From assembly GCA_036172245.1 (NCBI GenBank), contig JAYWIR010000041.1:1798001-1862000 (forward strand): DNA of 64,000 nucleotides, in the 5' to 3' direction. This DNA comes from Raillietiella orientalis (taxonomy: Eukaryota). A program made the translations under genes and the position numbers. Positions 26,447 to 38,499 of this stretch are shown one piece after another. Position 1 is the first letter of the stretch; each line of letters opens with the position of its first letter. The notes beneath the pieces are model-generated. The model saw only the letters and a program-made list of their open reading frames with translations. It was not told the origin of the DNA and searched no databases.

Positions 26447-26479
26447 CTATCCAGAGTTTGCCCATCAAACTCTGGATAG
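26447..26479. repeat. Perfect 14-bp inverted repeat with 5-nt spacer
   Basis: ctatccagagtttg-cccat-caaactctggatag. Confidence 0.9.
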
Positions 26480-27563
26480 GCGGTTAAGTGGATTGTGAGA
26501 AACTTTCACAGTTGGAGTTGCCTTCTTAGAGAGCCATCTACAAGCAACGAGCTATGAAAAAATTTAGGCATTGCTACATTTACTAGAGTCCGAGAAACTA
26601 GATAAACTCTGGGTGCTTTAGTTACTCCAGGTAAAAAAAAAATGTTTAGTGTAAGATTTCTGATCAATGAATATCTGAAACTAACTCGGGTTTAGCCTCT
26701 AAAAAATGAGATCTCTGTGTGTTCCTTTAATGTTTATCACTGTAGGAGTATAAATATCACTGCATATGCAAATATGAATTCTCTACTACATACAAGTATT
26801 TACCATTCACTAAATTTCTCTACGAAATGTATTACATTTGATAATGTCTGAGCATTTTTCGCTTCTCTCGAAAGGAAACTAAAATACTAAACTGAACAAA
26901 GCAAAATCTTAAAGCACTTGCATAGAGAGATGTACGCTTAATGAGTACCGTTATGAGAAAACAAGCTCATTGATGATCTTTCGTGAAAATCAGAATAGCC
27001 TTAGCTTAGCGGAGAGTGTGGAAGTGAAAAGGACTATGCACTCAAAGGTGGAACGAAGTAGTTCATTAGAGGAGACTCTCCTTTTCTACATCCCGGACGT
27101 AATGAATTCTTATGCCCATTTTTATGCACAGCTTTCGAAGGCTCTTTGCCTGTCACAGTAGTATTTGCAGCAGTGAATCGAACGAAAATTATAATACGCA
27201 ACCTTGTTTTAATGCAAGTTTGCTGTTCTTGGCCAATCGTGACAATCGTAGAGTGTCTTTCTAAAACTTCCATGCTCGTTGTACCTTACACTGGGATATT
27301 TTTCCGAAGAGTGCGGGAAGAGCACGAAGCATGTATCGAAAATTCCTTGTATCACGGCATTTAAGGAAATTTCCATATCCCATGAGCAATTTAAGACATT
27401 AGGATCCCATAATCGACTGTAGAAAACAAGTACCACTTTTGCCGATGAAGGTTCCGTTGTGTTCTGGCAACCTGTCTTGCGTAATGTTTAGCCGTGTTCC
27501 AGGTGGTAAAATGGAAATGTAATTTTCTGGTCGAGTTCATCTAGAGAATGCTTGCAGAAGGGT

Positions 27564-28992
27564 ATGTTACCACGATCGCTGCTAAATGAGGTGAGACTTC
27601 TATTTATAATGTGAACGATGATTGCACTTGCTTTCAGGCTCACTTTTTATCCAGACAAGCCGAAAGATCAGCTCATATGAAAAAATATGATACCGCTTTA
27701 CAATATTACGGGCGGTCTAAGAAATGTTTGGAGTCATTGCTGAAGCAGTGGGATAACGTTGCCATTGTGGAATCTCTAGACCAACAGATCCGTCATCAGG
27801 AGCTTTTGATGGAGGTTATCAAGTATGTCTTTTTGCCATCCTCAAAAGTTTTCATTCTTAAATATTTTCAATCAGTTGCACTATTTCCAAATTTCCGAGA
27901 TCGTGTTTTACTGTTTATTTTTTTTGTGAAACATCACATCACAATCGCACTGACTTGTGATAAATTTTGAAACTTATCCCCGAAGGGCTGCAAAGGAAAG
28001 GAACAAGAACGTCGAAAACGTACAGGAAGTCATGGAACATTGTGCCGGTAATTTCGAGGATCTTGAGAAGTCGGCAAAGAACCATGTTCGATTTGGCATC
28101 TATAGGTACTTAAAAATCTTTATAGGTTTTTATTTGTGCGCTATTTATTGCATTACTCACGAAAGATAGGATTTGTAATTTGTTTTTTCTTAACTGATTA
28201 GTAATCAGTGAACAATTACCTACTATCTCAACTAATATGCAAAATGTCATCATTTCAGAACAGATTGTATTATGTGTTATTTGGGATTTTAGGTAGATTT
28301 ACCTTGTTTGGGTAATCAGTTAAGTAATTTTGGACATCAATGCACATTGGATCCAAGTTTGAAATTTTAATTTTCTTTGAGTCATATACAAAACAAAAGC
28401 AGCTACGAGATATATTTCTGTGATTCAGTCCTTGAAAAATATTAAACGAACCTTCACTTGCTGTTATATATATAATCTGTAAGGGTTCAGTATGCATTTA
28501 TGATCATAGACCCAGCAAACAATGGGAAGGTTTTGAAATTGGCTGTATAAATGAGTAATTTTTAGCTGTTTTTTCAGCAATTACTTATAAAACAGTCAAC
28601 TGTTTATTTCTTATCATGGTTCTTTATCTTGATTTTGTAGGCATCTTGATGAGATGGATACTCTTTTACAGTTTCATTCCACGGGATCCGTATATTCTCA
28701 TTCTTCTAAAAACAATCTAGACAAAAACCTCATTGAACCATTGCGTCATGCAATTGAATCATTAAGAGTAGATGTTGAAACCCTACTCCGAGAGATGCAT
28801 GAATTGAAAACTGAAAATGCTAGATTGAAATTACAGAATCAAACAGTGAAGACATCTAAAGGACACTCAAGCCCACTAATTCATTCAAACTTGAATGGTT
28901 GTGTTCTGCCTACAGACTTTCCTGAGCTTGAATTACCTCCTTTACCAAAGTTGGAACTGCCAGCCTTAGAGAATCTAAAATTTAATTCTTAA
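27564..28992 (+). CDS. NRBF2: Nuclear receptor-binding factor 2 (Atg38 ortholog), 227 aa; join(27564..27590,27638..27822,27986..28105,28641..28992)
   Basis: All three introns are GT-AG with compatible phases; exons sum to 684 nt. N-terminal MIT-like domain MLPRSLLNEAHFLSRQAERSAHMKKYDTALQYY...ESLDQQ; middle IYRHLDEMDTLLQF; C-terminal coiled coil ending in ELPPLPKLELP. AATAAA at 29090-29095. Confidence 0.9.
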
Positions 28993-31089
28993 AGTCTAAT
29001 ACTGACTTTCAAAACTATCACTATAAGTGAGAGTAATTGAAATTAGCAGAGAAATTTTCAGCAACCAAAAAAATATGTGGGATTGTATGAATAAAGTTCA
29101 TTTTCTCATCGTTACAACTTTTTTAACAACTGGTTGCTATTGTACTGCTCCAATGTACATATTGAAGGAAGAAAGCTTTTGCAAAAAGTCGAAACAGTCG
29201 AATGCTTTGAAAACAGCATGTCAAACTGTATAGTTTGCATGACTGATGAAAATACACTGTATTCTGAAATTCGTGAATGCAAGGTTACAGAATGTCCCTT
29301 TTGTAATTAGCAAGCTTATATCAATCCACTCCCATAACAAACTTTTATGGTTTCATTCTGTGCTGATGTTGCTTCTATCTTGAAGTGAATGATCCATGTC
29401 ATTTTGTGCAGTGTTTCTTATATTTTATCTCTTGAATCGTATGCATTTATTTTCTTATTTATGTTTTCAATCTAGCAGAATATATTTTATGTGAGCAAAA
29501 TATATTTTCTATGTATATAAAGAAATATGTATTTAAAATTTCTCAGTCTCCTTTGATCTGAATTTTACACATTTTCAAGTTCAAGTATATAATTTCATGA
29601 TGTTACTATTTTGTATTACATTCTCCAAGCTTTTTGAGTGGAGTTCCATATGAATGTAAGACTGATCAACATTCATCCCTTTTTTTTTCAAGTTCGTTTC
29701 CAGGTGCTCTCTTTTTGGGTATTTTTCTGGCATTAGCATGATTCTTTTAGTAATGTATTTTTGCAACAGTACATTGCTATGATTTCTCCTCACAAAGCTT
29801 CTTTAATTTAGTTTTCAATTGGCGTTTTGGAATTTCAGTGGGTATTGTAGTGCATATTTTGTCCAAAGAGTTCAGTACATTATGACCACGTATCTGTGGC
29901 CGCCCTATAAACTAGAGTCGACAGTGTGTCGCTGAAAGTAGTATAATTTTCTATTCTGCAGCTTGTTCACAGTGACTTATGGAATTATGTGTAATTTGGA
30001 CGTACTTTGCATTTCCAGTTATGCCTGGATTCACAATCATTCAACTGACTATAGAAAAACACTTTGGAAAAAATCAAGTGACGTTGAACAACATAGTTTA
30101 ACACACTTTTTTTTTTGTTGTTGTTGTATATTGGTGTTCCGAAAATTAAAAGCTTTTTCTCGCATGGTTCACATCTTCCATGGAAAATGGTCAAAAATCG
30201 CTTTTTTGTTATGTACAAAATTGTTTCATAAGTAAACAAATGTTTTCGCAAAACTGATTCTATAAAAAGAGTAGTAGCTTCATAAGAGTAGTTTAATGTG
30301 AGTAAAGTAGAGTACTAAAGTAGCAGTTTAATATGAGCCATTCTTTGGTAGTTCTCGAGTCGCTTCGTCACCTTTGTATTCATGTGCTCCGTTTTTTGTG
30401 TGCAGTAGCTTGGTGAAGCACTTATGTGCGCATCTTGTTACCTCGTCTTACATTTTGTTTCTTCTTGCCCAAGTCGTTTCTTCTTGCTCTCCTCTTTCAA
30501 AAGTTGTAAGTAATACGTTGCTCCGACTGACACCATAGTGCTTCTAGCCAAAGCAAACGTCTGCAGCCCCCGTCCCCTCACTCTCCCCAAAAGGAAATAT
30601 GTGTTCGATGTGTCTGTACGTTTCATTTGCTGCAAATATCGCGTGAAATGATTTCTTAGGTGTTTCGCGGATTTTCATTTACATATGAGATAAACTCATG
30701 CACACAGAAGTTGATTGAGAAACGGATCCCCTTTTCTCGCGGCAAGCCTCTATCCGCCACCGACGGAAGGAAGGAAGACTCCCGTCAGTGAAGGAAGAAA
30801 ATTAGAGTGTGGTGGGTTCCAGGAATGCATTTTTTCTTGTCTCTTGCCTTTAATCGTTTTTACCGAAACCCAAACCTCGAAAAACCTTGCAATGTGGCTT
30901 TGCTCAGCACCGGCCACCTAACTACGATAAACCCCATAAAGTCGAATGGATTAACGAACTCTCCAGTCCTTCTGTGAATCAAATCTGTCCGTTTGCCATC
31001 ACAATTTAGTTTGATTTGCTGTATTAAGCTCGATTTTTAGGTGCATTGTACTTGCTAGGGTTTTTGGTACTCTGTATTCATCTTGTCGA

Positions 31090-31922
31090 TTATTAATGAG
31101 GAGATTGAATTTCGAAAGGCACAACTAATCCTATATAACTTCGACTCTACCAAGAAACTCCAGCTCGTTATGGTTCCAGTATACTAGCAAAATTTTGTAA
31201 ATAAAAGCGGGGAGTTCTCCCAAGTGAGTGCTTTGAAGTGGAGTTTCAAAGAAGAAAATGAGTAAAATTTGGAGAGGATTTTCGAAGGTTCGTATTTATC
31301 GCATCGGCTTTCCCGACTGGGAAGTTCGAAAAGATCGATCTTCCTGAATAAATATAAGCAAATACTTCTGAAGATCAAATCCTTACATTATTTTTCTCTT
31401 GGGGTATGTATAACAATTTTTCGTTTGTGAATGTCGATCTACCTGTATGGAAGTTCGTATTCTTGAAAGCACTCGCTCTATGCAAGATTGCTCTTGAAAA
31501 CTGTTAGGAGAAGACTTTCAGACCAGACAGTCATGGCCTCCTTGTAAACGAATGCTGACTACCTCATTGCCCAGGTTCTTGTTCAAACAGCCATGTGCTC
31601 GTTTCGTTCTTTAGAACCACTGTTTCCGAGCATGCAGACAGAAAATTCTCCTAGACTTAAGTGTCAGGCACTTTTCCAGCGACAGTCTGGGAAATATGAC
31701 TGCAAGGTGTCGTCTGAGATTGTACACGGTTTATGGTTCTCACGTCAGAGTGTCTATCAAGTGCTATCATGTAGTGTGCTATCCAGAAGAACGCAGAGTA
31801 TGGAGGCAGTTCGAGACTGGCTGGCCATGAGTTTTATTCCAGTTTCAACAAAAAATCTATACATTTATGCAAAATCCAAGGAAGGGCCTTTAATAAATTT
31901 AGACCCAGAGAAGGACGTATAG
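31090..31922 (+). pseudogene. Degraded intronless reading frame of unknown, possibly viral, origin
   Basis: One + frame runs ~280 codons with about 5 stops and ends in ORF 31593-31922 (…RRLSDQTVMASL*TNADYLIAQV…LEPLFPSM…); no family could be named. Confidence 0.3.
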
Positions 31923-32898
31923 TTCTTTACGTTAACTAGATTACACTCATGTGTATTCATAAATATAATTGGAGGACATTGCATGAATTTGTTTTGGTTT
32001 GTGTTGTCCTCTTTGAATTATTTCATTTTCTTTTTTTCCTCCATATTGTTTCTTCCCCTTCCCAGAGATAATTTACATGTTCTTGTTTATATGATCACTT
32101 ATTTATATATGGCTTAATATATTTATAAAAGATATATAAATATAAAATCAGAAACGGGATTTACAACAAAAAATGCTTTAGTCTAGACAGTACTTCTCAG
32201 CCACCGAATGGAATGTATCATAATCCGAGCGGAGATTTTTTAAAATGATAAGAGCATTGAAATTATCAAATAGCAAATGCTAATAGGTATTCTGAATTAG
32301 TCTTGTGAATTTTCGAAAAATTGGTGGTGGCACAAGTGGAAGCCCAGCTTGAATTTGAGTCTTAGGTAGCAAACCAGTTGCAGATTTAAGTTACGGATAA
32401 ATAACGGCTGGAATTTTTTCCAAATAGAAGAGGATGACTAGCGAGCGCTTCCTGAAATGAGTGTGTTTCGAAGTAGAGGTCCACAGATGAAAGGTACGAG
32501 AAGCAGAGAGCCAGGAGGCACATGTGAAACTGTCCTCCATGTTCGTCCCATCGAATCGAAACATACAAATTCTCAACGGTTGCATGGTGTTTTCTGATTA
32601 CTATCTTCGATGCAAATAGAGTTCAAATTTTCAGAATTTCATGGAATCGGTTTTCAATGATGAGAATGTTTACATAAATCTAGTGATGAGGTGGGAATCA
32701 GCATACCGAAGAAGTGAATATCATCATTATTTAAAAAAATCCGAGAGTTGGGAGTCCAGTGTGTTTTAGATTTCTTTAATGCATACTAGTAGACTCGCAA
32801 AAAAAGGAGAGAGAAAAATAGATATCGATCAGAAATTAATCAATTCAACTCTCATTCTGCATGTCACGAAAAGGCAGTCGTATGGTTTTTTTGCTTTG

Positions 32899-34310
32899 CT
32901 GTTTTTCTCCCGGGTGCACCGGGGCATTTATTTAAAAACTATCTGAGAACAAACTTCCCAGACAAAGGGTACAGAAGTTCGAACGGAGGGCTCCTCGACA
33001 CGCAAGTCGGTAATACCGAAAGTGCGGAACGGGAAGGAGGGGACCACAAATAAATATATAAAAAAATATAAATAAAGATATGGGGGGGGTTGGGGACTGG
33101 GGTCTTGGCTTCGGCCGTTCCGTCCTTTCAGAACCGGCGTTGGATGCCGGAGATCTTTCTTGCTTCTTCTGGAAGATGAGGTCACCTGGTAGCCGTCTTC
33201 ATGTGGTCGTCGGCTAATCCGGTGACCTCTCGAAAAATCACCTGCAACTCCAACTGGCGGTGGGCCGTGGCGATGGCGTGGATGCAGCAGATCATTGCGA
33301 CGACCGCACCTAACGACAGGCCGCCTGGCGTGAAGAAGAGGCGCATCAAAATCCTTGCCGTGTCCCCCTGGTGCAGGAGAGCTGAGACCAGCCTCCTCTA
33401 CAGTCCTGGGAGGGCACCGCAGTCCAAGAGCAGGTGCGGGAACGTTTCCACTTATCCGCACCGCTTACAGTTCGGGGAGGCAACTCCTTCGGAAACTATG
33501 TTCGCGCGCTGGTTGCAATGGAAACCCCAATGCACCAGCAAAAGCGCGTTCTGCTGCCATTGAAGGGGGAACACGGAAGTGTCCGCGCACGAGGGAGGGA
33601 CCACAAGTTCTTCGGGGTGCATACTCAGTAGTTCACTTCACCGAAGGAGCTCCTTGGGAATATGGCGAGGCGTGGCGGCGTCTGCCAGCTCGCTGGTTCT
33701 CCAGCCGCCCATGGGTCGGGTTGCTCTGCGATGGTGCAGGCGACCTACCAACCCGCCGTAGGCAACTGTCATCTCTTGCCCTGAAGGTAGACAGCTCTGC
33801 GGCAAGGGACGTGGCAGCCAGGCTGGTCCACTTGCCCCGGTCTCGCATGAGCTAGCAATTCCTGATGTTAACTAGCGATTCCTGAGGTTAGCGGCAATTC
33901 CTGATGCCTTCCCCAGGACGATAACGCTTCCTGCCGCCAGGCATTGAAGTTCGTTGGGCGGCAGGAGATCTAAGATTGGGCTTCCAGGAGCTTGTTAAGC
34001 TGCCTCAGCGGGAAGCCGCAGCCTCTCGTGGCAGAAGAGGGGGGCAACGAAGGTGTTCCAAACGGAGGCCTGCTCCGTTAAGACGAACCTGCCACCTTGG
34101 AACGGGCCCAGAGCACTTTCTGCCTTCCGAAGGCAGTCCGACCATGCTTCCACTGGACTGATGTCTCCCAGCGGCATGCCGAGGTACTTCAAGCACCTGG
34201 CCGTGGGGATCCCCAGGCGGACCCAGTTGGACTGCTCCTCCCACGGGGCACCCTCAGGAACGACCACACTCTTGCTCCTGTTTACGCTCACGCCCTCTCC
34301 GACGAATCAA
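32899..34310 (-). mobile_element. 5'-truncated L1/Tx1-type element, copy B (end of RT, zinc finger, 3' UTR)
   Basis: VNRSKS...LKYLGMPLG (end of RT; ORF 33995-34291); colinear with copy A; complete 3' end aataaatgccccggtgcacccgggagaaaaacag. Confidence 0.88.
33851..33906. repeat. Three tandem copies of a ~20-bp unit inside L1 copy B
   Basis: gctagcaattcctgatgtta / actagcgattcctgaggtta / gcggcaattcctgatg; absent from copy A. Confidence 0.8.
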
Positions 34311-35799
34311 CTCGAAGAAATCCTCGAGACTGGGCACCAGGCAGTGGTATGGTTTGTGACGGTTTCATGCCTACTGATCCTCTCTTGTTGTGGGATCTTT
34401 GAGGTGTTCTTCGATACCAAGTGGTCCTTTCATCTTGAAACCATTAATGTTAGTGAAACTCTTCAGCGTATTCGATAGATACTCAGAAAGGAAACAACTC
34501 TAAGTTAGAGTAGTGGGCAAAAGAACCTGGAAAGCTTCAAACAGAAATCATTTAGTAAAAGGCCGTTGATATCAGTCTGGTCGGAAGACCATAGAAAACG
34601 ATCGCCGCATTCTCTAGGGAAGATTAAGAAGAGCAGAAATCTTTCTCAGGTATACCTGTGCTGGATGTGGTTGATCATTGATCATCCGTTGAGTGAAGCT
34701 GAAATGACGGGGGGCAGTTGCTGCTAAGCATAAATTTATAAAGCTGAATGGGAGACCGAAATCTTTGAGTAGGGGAGTATCTTATGATTTGTTGTTGCAA
34801 TATGAAGAACACAATCCGAAATCAGAAGAAACGCCAAGTAGTCTCTCGCAAAGGATTTCAAAAACAGAATGAGTTCGAGCTGCAAGCCCTGATGATTACT
34901 GATCATGCCAAACCATTTTGGAAACGCACGATTTTTTTTCTTCATTTGGATTTCCGGTTTCTCACTCAGCTTCACTGCTGGCAATTTCCCTTTTTGCGAC
35001 GACATCGGTGAATTGCCCCGATGGGCTCTTGAGCCTGCTCGTGACGCAGGATTTCCCGTCGAAAACTAGTCCCTTTGCTTATGCAATACCTAGATATCTC
35101 AAACTCGTACATCCTTCTAAATGTTGTGAATGTGAATCGAATTTTTTGTTACAGCCTTCAGGCAGTATTTAGGGCGAGCCTTTTTTTTCCCCTTTTTTCC
35201 TGTTCATGCGCTCCCACTCTACCGCTTTCATGTTGCATTAAGACAGTCTGGACATGGCAACCATTCCATCGGTCACGATGTCTTTTTGCAACAGTCGACA
35301 TCCTCGTGAGTCAAGTGAAGCAGGGTAATGCAACACGTCTTTGTACTTCAAGTTACCTTGAAAGAAAAAAACACACACAAGCATTTGGAGTTTCAGCTAT
35401 AGACGCGCGTGAATTGTGCAGATGAACAGATTGGCATCGAATAGTTTTGTATAGCTTTTTGTACAAGTCGGAGCAAGCTTCGTCATCCAAGTCTCGGCAG
35501 CGTCTGGAAAATGGAGGTACAGAAGAGATGTATTCAAAATTTCGTACAGACAATAAATCTTCGGACGGTGCTTCTCCGTATTCACCATATGGTCACCCAG
35601 CCGGAAGAGATCTTGGATCCTGCTCATCCTGGGCGATGACCCGGACGTGCAACTGCACCAACATACAGCACAGCCGAGACATGAACTGGGAATAGCTTTC
35701 CGGGACACCGGCCAGCACGAGCAGTGCCTGCACAGACCACGAAGACGGCAGACTAAGAGAGGGCGTGCACTCTCCATGCCAGGAGTTTTCCGTGAAAAG

Positions 35800-36780
35800 G
35801 ATCTACAGGCAGCACATTTGCAAAGCAGCATCTTAAGTAAAAAGCTTGCATCCAACATGTAAAAGATGGTGGAAAAGACAGATCTCTCGCATGCACAAGA
35901 ACAACTGAGAAACATAAAAACTGAGAACGAAAGGCTACAAGCCCATGCCCAGGCATTAAAGGATGAAAAGAGTCAAGCTGTAGAAGAAAAGAAAGTCCTT
36001 GCATAAAAAGCTAAAGCTTCAGAAGCAAAACTGCAAGAAAAGAAAAAACATGTTTGTGTTTTATCTGCAAAGCTTGAAGATTTGACTACTATGTTTGAAG
36101 CTCAGATACGGAAAGTAATGGAAGAAAATGAGCAGCAACGAAAATATTATGAGACTCAACAATCTTGTGCACAGGATAAGATACAGACATTGGAACGAGA
36201 ATGTGATGAAACAAAAGCCAAAATGATGGAATTACTCAGTGACATGGTTCCAAATGCAAGGCAACAAGCAGCAGCCAAGAGTTTAGAATCTAGTACGAAA
36301 TCCAAGGTGCAGGAACTTGCAATGCGACCACCAACAGAACGGGTGAAAGTAAGGAATCTGAAGATGAACCGGAATTCTCCCAGTGATCATTTAAAAACCT
36401 CCAAGAAAGGCAAAGAGAAACTTAATGATGCTTGCAGAAGACGCTCCAAAATATTTCACAACATGCAGAATTCAGGAAAAATTAATCTAAGGATTGCATC
36501 TGGGTTAGGTCATTTGTTCGTTTGTGAAGATGAAGAAGACTGTGAAGTGTTCACAAATGTATCCTTCAATACCCTACAGGGTTCCGCACCGGAAGAAAAT
36601 AGCATTATCAAGGACGACCGAATAAATGAACTGAAAAGACGTAACACATTATGCTTGCCCCACTTGAAATCATCTTTCCTGCTGAGACACAGTTCCATCA
36701 TCCAGAGTTATGTACTGAGGAAGAAATGAAAAGAGGAATAAGGCAATCCACATTGAAGCAAACACTCCAATATGGATGAC
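35800..36780 (+). pseudogene. Mud/NuMA-like C-terminal fragment (end of coiled coil plus NLM motif), pseudogenised
   Basis: Coiled coil followed by LFVCEDEEDCEVFTNVSFNTL and RINELKRRNTLCLPHLKSS (cf. NuMA RIAELQQRNRVCPPHLKTCYPLE; Mud EDEEGEVFNN). In-frame TAA at 35860 and 36004; a 1-nt frameshift near 36676 removes the expected (Y)PAETQ continuation. Confidence 0.8.
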
Positions 36781-38499
36781 TCTGCTAGTGACTCAGCCAC
36801 GATCGCGCAAATGTTTCAAGACATCACTGCCGACACTTTATACTCCAGCATCTGTGAACTGCCTCAGCGGTTTTTCTACGCCTTGGTTTCTTGATAGATG
36901 CGTTCCTTGATTGGAAATTTCCAGTTGAAAACCATTCCGTTTGCTCCTTCTGTATCTGGGCATCTGGAACCTCTACCCTTTGGGGAAAGGAAAGGAGGAG
37001 GCATCGTCCTCTGCAGTGGATGGGGAGGTCCAGGATGGGGTCGCACTCTCTTTGGGGTTCTTAGACCTTTACGAATCCAACTGTAGCTCTACGTGGAGAC
37101 CTTTTTAGAAGCGCGTTCTACATGCGGAGCAAACTGTTCAGGGGACACTCCATGTCTCTCCAGACAGGGTGGATGACAGCTTTAGGAACAGTGATCAGGA
37201 TACTGTCGATATTAGATGTGATCTCTATCGTCCAGACGGCAGTAGTCACAAGATCGGAAAAACCACCATCCCGAAAGTGTAGCGAGAAAGGGGTTTCTCT
37301 TGAGAGGGATCCTCTAAAGATATAGTTAAGTTTCAGGCAACATTCGACTAGTAAGTCTTTGACTGGAGCATCTTTAAGGTGAACTTGTCATGCGGTCATT
37401 GCAAGAAATGAGCAAGATTCAGGTTCGGATCCACGGAGACGCCATCCTGGAACCCGTTGTTGCGAATATTTTGTATACGTCTTTAAATTTGCAGTGCACA
37501 CGAACCCGTTCTTGCCCAAGCATGTGGTGAGGCGGTTCGATCTTGGACACCTCATCCTCTTCTCCAAACCCAAGGAGTGGCCAGAATTCACTGCGAGATG
37601 GAGAACTTTCCTATAGGTACGAAGCGATCAAGTATGCATCTTATTTGTTACCGGAGACGTCACCAGAAAGGCGAAGATGTCTCTATGGAAACTCCCGTCT
37701 TCGAGATTCAAGGCTCGAATTTTCGGTCACCGCATGCAAACAGAGCGGTGTCTCGAAAACGCTGAAGGTGATGCATCCTGTACACTGTTTCGAAAGGATG
37801 GTGGAAGCATGGAATTTTCCATGATCTGGCAAGTCTGGTCTGCGAAGTGCGAGGACCGACCCTCCCCCCCACCCTCCATTGGACTTGTTCTGATCGACTG
37901 CCTGAGACCCAGTTTGCTTGTCTCAAACAGCATCTTCACGTTTTCCACATTTCAGTCCTTTCTCCTCAACGGACTTCCGAGTCACTAAGTACTTCAGCGA
38001 GCTTGGTTCCTTCTTACGGATTTCGAGTTTCAGTTTTTGTCTCGTAACATCTGCATGGAGAGCAGATCTGAGCGCGTAGGTTTTTGGCATTCGGACAAGC
38101 AGTGCCTTCTTTCTGCCAGGGTACCGGAGTAGCGATGGAAAGAAGGAGAAGGAAAAAATCATCATCTGGAAAAAAGCCACAGTGCAACGACTGCACGGGA
38201 TTCCAAATAACTTTCTTTGCGCTCTTCGATTTCCAGGAAATTTCGGTTCCAGAGGGGACCTGGTGAGATGCTCTCGACGGAGCAGATGTTCTGTGACTCA
38301 CCTTTCCTTGATTGGATCCGTAAATTTTGAGGGAAGTTCTCCTTTTGCACCATGGCCGAGAGGTGCATCACCGAATGTGCTCTTTGCTTCATATGAAAGT
38401 CACTATGGAGAATCTACCCAGGATCTTGGAATTTTCGTTCTGATTTTGTTGTGTTCCTCTTATGTTGTGTTATTTTGATTTCTTTCCTTTTTTTATTTA

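Noticed and set aside
31560..31860. Minus-strand ETG...ISDD as RdRp motifs B/C
   Set aside because: That frame has many stops while the antisense + frame is nearly open; likely coincidence.
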